Of a stretch of 64,000 nt of DNA, positions 21,301 to 30,300 are shown one piece after another (within the stretch, counting starts at the first letter, position 1; every line of letters starts with the position of its first letter). The notes below the pieces were generated by a model. That model was not told the origin of the DNA and did not search any database. It was given only the letters and a program-made list of their open reading frames with translations. Location of the stretch: IMG/VR virus record IMGVR_UViG_3300020463_000014, positions 1 through 64,000 of that record. The stretch is one strand, 5' to 3'. Origin of the DNA: a virus (lineage: Duplodnaviria; Caudoviricetes). The translations under genes and the position numbers were made by a program.

Positions 21301-24300
21301 TCAACGATGCCTTTAATATAATCTGAATCTGCGATTGACTTAACATAATCACTATCAGCAATTGACTTAATATAGTCAGAATCTGCGATCGACTTAACAT
21401 AATCACTATCAGCAATTGATTTAATATAGTCACTATCAGCAATTGATTTAATATAGTCACTATCAGCAATAAACTTAATGTAATCTGAATCCGCAATTGA
21501 TTTGATATAATCTGAATCAGCTATGCCTTTAATGTAATCTGAATCTGCGATACCTTTAATATAATCACTATCAGCTACAAATTTTATATAGTCTGAATCT
21601 GCGATACCTTTAATATAATCACTATCAGCTACAAACTTGATATAGTCTGAATCTGCAATTAATTTGACATAATCACTATCAGCTACAAACTTGATATAGT
21701 CACTATCAGCTACAAACTTGATATAGTCTGAATCGATAATAAATTTAAAATGATCTGAATCAAGTTTACCAGAAGCAGTTAAATCTTCTTTTTGAACTCT
21801 AATATTAACAAAATTAGAATCTAATACTGATGTAAAAATATCTTGACCATCAATATAATACGACATACCTGCAGCAACATTAATACCGTCTTTTAATCCA
21901 CCACCAACAATATCTGTACCAACATTGATTGCATATAAACTACCAGGAGAATTATGATCAATACCAATACCAGATCTGCTACCAGTTGCAGCTGGCAAAT
22001 ATACTGTACCACCAAAAGTTTGTACTAATGGAGATTCAGTTTCTAATTTAACAAAACTGCCACTTGGTTGCTTTATTTTAATATCGCCATCAACTTGAAG
22101 ATCTCCATCAACAATATTGACAATACCTTTAATATTCATGGTATATGCAGGATCAAAGTTAGTACGTACACCCATTCTAAATAAGTTAGATGGTTCTGAT
22201 GCTTTTTGCGAGACATTTTTCTGGAAAGCATAATTTGATGTTTCACTTGCAATTAAAGACACTGCTTCGGCAGAATCTAAGAATCTATCGTCGTCAATTA
22301 AAGCATTAATATAATTTGCATTAATTACACCCTGATATGTTTCATACTGATTAAATCCATAATTTTGTTGTCTTGCAAAAATATAATCAGAATCAAAGAA
22401 ATGTGTCGCAGAATCAGGATCAATGAAGAATTGAGCAACCTGGTGTGTAAGATAAACTTGATTGCCTTGATTTGAATCAAGAATTCTATCACCTTGCCAA
22501 TATAGTGATTGTACATTAACACTACCATTAACATCTAAATTATATCCAGGTGTAGCTGTGTTAATACCAACTCTTGGAGCAGTTGTATGAAGATAACCAG
22601 ATCCAGCTGTATTATAAAAATACTGAGATGCTGGCATACTTGCACGATAATGTGATGTATCAATATGTGACCGAACATAAGTAGCATTAGCATTTGCTCT
22701 AATCCATGCTTGGTTAGCAACATCCTGTTGAATATATTGATATAACGGTTTGGTATTAATAGCAATATTACTTGTAAAGTTTGCTAAATCTTGAACATCT
22801 AATCCATATGTTGCTCCAGCAGCTACTTTACCAATTGCTACTGCGCCACCCATGATAGACAGTGTATTATTAGCAGATACAGTATTAGTATTTGCATCCA
22901 AACCAATTCCAATGGAACCTTCGCCTGTAGCTTTAATTTTTCTACCAATAGCAACAGAACCTACGCCTGTGGCTTCTACTTCGGTACCTAATGTGATACC
23001 ACCATTTGCAGCTACAGTAGTAATACCAATGCCAATGCCACCTAAAGTTGCTTGGTTACCTTCACCAAATCCATATGCCTTTGTTGTAGTGCCATCGACA
23101 ATATTAGCAAATCCATAAGCAAAAGCTTCATTATCAACTGTATTCGAATGCCCGAACGCATAACCAAAATCAGTTATTGTATTGTCTCTACCGTATGCAT
23201 CTCCACCATCAGTAATTATATTATTTGATCCATAAATATTACCGCCGCCGGTTTGCTGGTTTATCCCACCAAAGATATATCCACCATTTGCAGATGCAGC
23301 AGAACCAGCACCAGAACCAAAGTTTCCGCTGCCGTAGATTTTAATATCATAGAAATCTTTATTATCATCACCAAAAATATTAGAAAGTTGTTTAAAGTTT
23401 TTATTATTATCACCATATGCTGCTGTATTGTCTATAAGGCTTTCATTACCATCACCCCAAACCTTTGACTGTTTGTTAATGCTTTTATTATTATCACCAT
23501 GGACTGTGGCTTCATCAATAGAAGTATTATTTCTACCAGCTACAAAGTTGCTTCTAGAAACACTATTACTTCTACCGAAAACTGTAGCATTATTGCCATT
23601 TGTTGTATTTCCGTAACCAATTCCAACAGAGTTATTACCTCTTACTACATTAGATCGACCCATGGCCACGGCACTATTACCCATGCCTTCTGAACTAATA
23701 CCAATTCCAATACCTGAAGCTCCAGATTTTACTGATGTACCAAAAGAAACACCACCAGTTCCTGTTGTAGTATTAATACCAACACTAAATCCATTTGTTC
23801 CAGCATTAGCAGTATGTCCAATTGCAACTCCATTATTGCTAGCTGAGCTATTTACTCCAATTACCAAACTATTAGTACCAACAGTACCAGTATTATCTCT
23901 ACCAATATTTAAAGCGCCCTGGCCACCTTTGAGGTTATATCCTATTACAACAGAATTTCTTGCGGTGTTAGTAAGCTTATTACCAATAGCAGTATTTTTG
24001 AAACAATCATTATGATTACCAGGATCACCAGTAATTTCTTTACCAATTACAACACCAATACCAGTTTCTAGATCTTTACCGATAGCAATTCCGCCGTCAA
24101 GTGTAATTCCAGTCCCGGTTCGACCTGTATTTGTAATTTCAAGACCAATAGATACTGATTTTTGCTTATTGCTGTTTGTAATATCTTTACCAAGAGCAAC
24201 GCTAAATTGACCTGGATTAGTAACAGTATGTCCTACTGAAACTGATGCAGTAGTATGAAGAGGACCTTTTGATATTCCAACATAAGATACATTACCAGCT

Positions 24301-27300
24301 TTTGCGTCATAACCAATAGCCGTTGAATAATCAGTAGCTAAAGTATTATAGCCAATGCCTTGTGATTGATAACCAACTTCATTACTATCCCATGTTACAT
24401 TTGTTCCATCAACTTCACCAGCTCTGAAAGCGCCATATTCTGGGATCCACATAAGTCTTGAACCAGCACCAATTTGAGTACCAGTTTTACTTAATGGAAC
24501 AACACCAGCTTTTGGATGTTGAGCAATAGTTGCAATATTTGAGCTAAGGAATAATACATTACCAGAATCCACTGCAAATCTTGTTGTTGGATCATTTGGA
24601 TGAATAGTATTCTTTTGACCAACAATTACAGCACCTTCTTCATCATAATAAATTTGTTGATTACCACCTGCTGGACCTATTCTATTCCAAGGAGTAATTA
24701 ATCTTTCGCCAATATAAGTTGAATCTATAACTCTCATAAGGTTAGAATCGAAAGATCTTCCAATATAAGGATTAACTAAATTAAAACCTAGCGCTGAATC
24801 ATAAGAAGATGGATAATAAGGGCCAAAATAGAATTCAGCGCTATCTCCGGCCGTCATAGTTTGATTAGTATTATCCCAAAGTAGTCCGCCATTAATTACT
24901 CTATAATCAGAATCAGCTCTGCGAGTACCACCAAATAATAACCCGCCGTTTTGTATTTTAGCAATTTTACCGTCTACAGTAAATCCAGTTTTAAATATTG
25001 CACTATCTTTAAATGTAAATTGAGTATTCGTCTGAGCGGAACCACTATCTTCACCAGTAGCACTTTTGCTACTTGTAATATTAAGATTACCACTTAAGGT
25101 AATAGGTGGATTTTCTAATTGAAACCCTGATGCTACTGTAAGAGGACCTCTAACTGTAAGTGACGCATCATTCTTTCTACTTCTTGCTTCAACTCTAATT
25201 ACATCATTTAATTTTAATCTTGTATTTGCGGTAGAGTCAAAGATATGAATAAGACTATTAGATACTTCTTCCCATTTTTCTCCATCTGATTCAAGTTCAA
25301 CACCATTAATATATACTTTTGTTAGACCATTTTTAACATAGTTAAGAATTTTACTTGGGCTTGAGTTGTCACTATCTTGAAGTCTCAAAGCAGTAAGATT
25401 TGGAGTACCTTTAAGAGATGTTATTTGGTGATGCAGTCCTCTATTATCAATTCTAATATCTGTTATACTAGAAGTATTTAATCGAGGTGTGCCTGTACCC
25501 CATTGAGGAAGTGATGCTAGCCTTAATTCAATAGTATTGGTTCCAGTTACTACAAAATCTCCAGTTTGGACGCCGAGAGCTGCGCTTCCTGTACCATGCT
25601 GTAAACCTCCAGCTTGCAGTGGACCTACAGAATCGCCTATAGCAGACCAAGTACCAGGTCTAAATGATACTACAATATGACTATCATCTAAAGCTGGACC
25701 AGGTATTCCAATTATAGTAATTGAAGAATCACCGAGTGGTAAATTGGTATCTGTTCCGGATGCGATTGCAAGAAATGATGCTAAAGTTCCATCAGTATTA
25801 CTAATGGTTTTATGACCTCTTGAAACTACATAGCTATCAGCATGATCAATCGTAGGATCTTGATTATCAATAAAATTAAATATAAATGTATCGTCTGGTG
25901 TTATTGTATGTCCTTCAATAAGGCTATGTCCACCAGCACTAAATCCAGAATCAACTCTTACATCACCTTTAACATATAATCTAGATCCTGGATGATCAAT
26001 AGGAGCACTATCTGCACCAATTGCAACTTGAGTTTCAGCATTAAATCCAACACCACCAAAATAAAGAGTATGACCATCAACAGATCTTCTCCAATGTGAA
26101 CTATCATTAGCATTATGAAGAATATAGTTAGGACTAATAACAGTTTTCAGATAACCAGAATCGATAACAGAAGCAATTACTGCTGAGTCAATGTTCATTC
26201 TATCTTTTACATAATCATTAGTAACAATTGTTGCAATATAGTCTTGAGTTGGCCAAGCGACCTGAGTACCTTGAGCAGATGTAGTAATAATAGGAGATTT
26301 ATGATCAATTGCGGCTTGTAAAGAAGCATTATCTTCTGCAGGCCTATTTCCTAAAGATGCGCCTGCTACCTGATAATTTGGAAGATCAATGCGAGCTTTA
26401 CCAAGAACATCAAGCGAAAATTTCTTATACTGTATTCCATCAACAATATCTTTATAAGCTATATCACCTACACTAACATCATTTCTAGCAATTGTAACAG
26501 CATTACCTTGTGGAATGTCTGCAGCAAGAGATGCATCTGGTTGAAAGTTAATAAGTTGATCGCCCTCTTTTAAGGCCCAGAAATTATCAATAGAAACTCT
26601 TGCTTGAACATATGCGGAATCTAGATGATTTTCTAGAATTGGAATAAGTCCACCAGTTGGTCTTACAACAAAACTGTCAAATGACATTCTTTCGCCAGTA
26701 CCAGGATTATCACCAATTGTAAATGTACTACCTGAAACAGATTGTCTAAAATGAATTGAGCCTTCTACAGTAGCGCTATCACCGACAGTTAATTTTCCAA
26801 TTACATTTAAATCAGCGCTTGGTGTAGTAGCTACAGCTGGAACAACTTGAGCATAAAGTGCTGATGATGTATCAAATGTTCCGCTGTAATCTGTGGTAGT
26901 AACTGGTTGAGTTAATGCTTGATCGTGAAATAATTCAAATACATTAGTATTAGTTATATTTCCAGTTCCATCATCTGGTCCAACAAAGAAAGTAATTGCA
27001 TCAATAATACCAGCGGGTGATGTAATATTAACTCCTTGGAATCGAACAGCATCGCCTATTACTAAACCATGAGTGCCACCGCTTGGTAAAGTAACTTCTG
27101 TTTTTGTGGCAAATGCAGCAATAGTAAAATTTGATACTAAGGCTGCAACATTTATAACTTCATAGGTACCATTGACCGTATATATACTAGGTTCGCTTGA
27201 CATATCAAGTGCTACTGTACATGCTCTATCAGTAAATAAATTAAATGTATTCGCATCAACTGCCTGAACAAAATATATATTATCGGCTGTGCTATTATAA

Positions 27301-30300
27301 TTAAAACTACTAGAAGTTCCAGAAGTACTATCAGTCTCAACATTAACAAATTTAATAGCTAATCCGCTACCTGGGCCACCTGCAGTAGCCATCGAACTGG
27401 ATGGTGCAAGTTTATGACCACCGAGTGGAGTTACTGTTAAATTATTGTAGGGAGTATTTGCTGTTACACTTCCATTTCCACTAGTGGCGTCAATATTAAT
27501 AGTAAATCCATCGGGAAATGTAGAAACTGGTGTTGTAACTTGTGTATGTGTAACAATAACAGTCGGGGCTGTGCCTTTAATAAAGTCTTTGATATTCACA
27601 TCACCAATATAAAGTGTAGCACCACTATCAATATTTACATCACCATGAATGTCAAGAGTATAATTTGGATTAAATCCAGAAGCATATTTTGCAGTATTAT
27701 TATGAGGTCTCTTAGCAGTTTTACCAATCATAATATTGGTATTATTTAAACCTTTATTTACATAATTACTATCAATAATATTAGTACCAGAATCATTAAA
27801 GATCTCTGGCTTCATAATTACAATGCCATTAGTTAATCCAGTTGGAATGAATGTATTACCACCAATGAATATAGTCTTATTAGCAGTACCACCTACTACA
27901 GTTCCGCCATACTGCGCATTTGCTCCAGTTGTGTGTGAATCTTTCCAACCTGTACCAATTACAATATTATTAGCACTAGTATTATTAAGAAGACTATTAT
28001 CTTTACCAATTACATAATTATTATCTCCAGCGTTATCAAGTATATTACCTTCACCAATAATAATTGATTTATTAGCAGCCTTTGGAGCAGTATTAGATAA
28101 TCCAAATTTATTATCAATACCAAATGCATAAAGTTGAGTTCCAGTGTTGTTTGAATCTTGTAAATTACCTTCACCTAGGAACATGTTTTGATCTGTTATG
28201 ATTTCATTACTTTTACCAATCGCAATGGAATGATGACCCAAGTTGCCTGTTCGGCCAAGAGTCTGTTGACCTTTACTTACTCTTTGTCCAACTCTATTTT
28301 TATAACCAAGAGATACAGAAGCTCTTCCTTTGGCATAGGGTTGTTCACCCATTCCCATAGAAAAATAGCCTAAATCAGAATTTTGATGTTCACCTAAATC
28401 TATTTTACCAGCTCTTACTATAGCAGCTCTTGAGCTATATAAGAACATATTATTATATGTAAGACTTGCTGGCCCACCATCAGAATCAAATACTGCCGAA
28501 TCACCCGCATCATATAAAGTACTTTTTAGAATACCATCAACTTGAAAATCACCACGAACATCAAACTCAGTATTAGGATCTGTTTTTTGTACACCTATAT
28601 TTCTTGGCGCAGCTGTAAGAATAAATCTTCCATCATCTACAAATGGATTGCCGGCAATTGGAGCGCCACCTTCCGGATTGTTCTGAAAAATATTTCCGCC
28701 ATATATAATATTGCCGCCAACAAATAAGTTACCCGCACCGTCAATGGCATCAAACATATCAGATTCTCTACCAATTGATACGTTACCACCTTGAATAGCC
28801 ATAAGGTTATCATCTACAACAACACCCGGTATTGTTCTATTTGGATTACCTATGAGATCTGCACCAGCTCCATATATAGGAGTAGTAGTGACCATTTGAA
28901 AATTTATGCTTTTATTAGCAGTATTAGCAATGTGGCCATTCATACCAAATGCGTAAGAACTTTGTCCTGAGACTATATTTTCTCTACCAAATGCAAACGC
29001 ATCGCCGCCACCAACTTTATTATAAGAGCCAATTGCAAACGATAAAGCACCACCAACAGAATCTTCCACACCGAAAGCAAAACCAGCATTACTTTGAGCT
29101 GTGTTGTTTTGTCCAAGTAGAAAATTAAAATTGCCACCGGCCGATTTATTGCCAAGACCAATAAATACTTGTTCTTTACCACCATTTGATACAATATTGC
29201 TTTTACCTAAAATAAATGTATCATCACCCTTTGCAGCGTTTTCTGCACCAAGTAAAACATTTCTATCACCACCATCAGAATTGTTTGATCCAATACCAAC
29301 TGAATATATACCAGTTATTTTATTTTTGAAACCCATAGCAATAGAAGCAAGCCCGGCGGCTCGACTACTATCACCAGTTGCAAAGCTACTTTGACCAGAA
29401 GCTTTAACATTTAAACCAAAGGCTGCTGAAAAAAGACCTAACTCATCCCAAGCAAAATCCTTATGGTTTGTAAAGTATCCACCACGCGTTGATGCTTTTC
29501 CTGGAACAAACGAAAATCTAGATCCTTTAGCTGAATCAGCAAGAGCGCTTAGTGACGGATCGCCGTAATTAATTACAAGATCATGCGCCATAGAAATCTC
29601 GCCAGAGATAGCATCATTATAGTCTGCGCTTTGTGGAATTGATCCAACTCCTTGAAAGCCACCTTTTACCTGAAATGGCCCTCCATGAACTTCGAACCTA
29701 GATTTAGGTTTATCTGTACCAACTGCAATTCTACCAAATCCACCATATGGATAAGTTGCTTTAAAATCTCTTGGAACAAAAAATGCATCGTCTAGAGCGG
29801 TAGCAGTAAATAATCCACCACCTGTAAATGGTACACCATTTTGTAAGAGCTCGCCAGTAAAGTTAATACTACCATCTTTATGAACTTCAAATAAAGAACT
29901 ATCTTCAAGTGATATAGCTCTTATTAAAACTGAAACATCTGAATCGTTAGCGCTAACTCCATCACCTGGAAATCTTCTAAGATCTCTTCCACTATCTTTA
30001 TGTAAATCACTTTTAAAATAGTTAATAGGTAGAGTAGAAGTTAATGAATATTTACGCCCTGCAAATTCGGTAGAGTCACCATCAGTAGTTACGGTTAAAC
30101 CATAAAAGTCTCTGGCTTGAGAATCATTAGGATAAATTATTGAGTTTGGATCAATTGTTAACAATCCAGGTTTTGATTTGTATGAACCTACTTTAACTCC
30201 TGCAGCATCAACTACACCTGTATTCTTATCAACAACAAATCTATACCAGCCAGAATCTTGTATGATTTGTTCTGCAACCATAAGACCAAATCGAGTACCA

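Noticed and set aside
21290-21740. 27-bp array (and the 30-bp array at 31023-31592) as a CRISPR array
   Set aside because: No unique spacers; units are in-frame coding repeats with synonymous variation; no cas genes.
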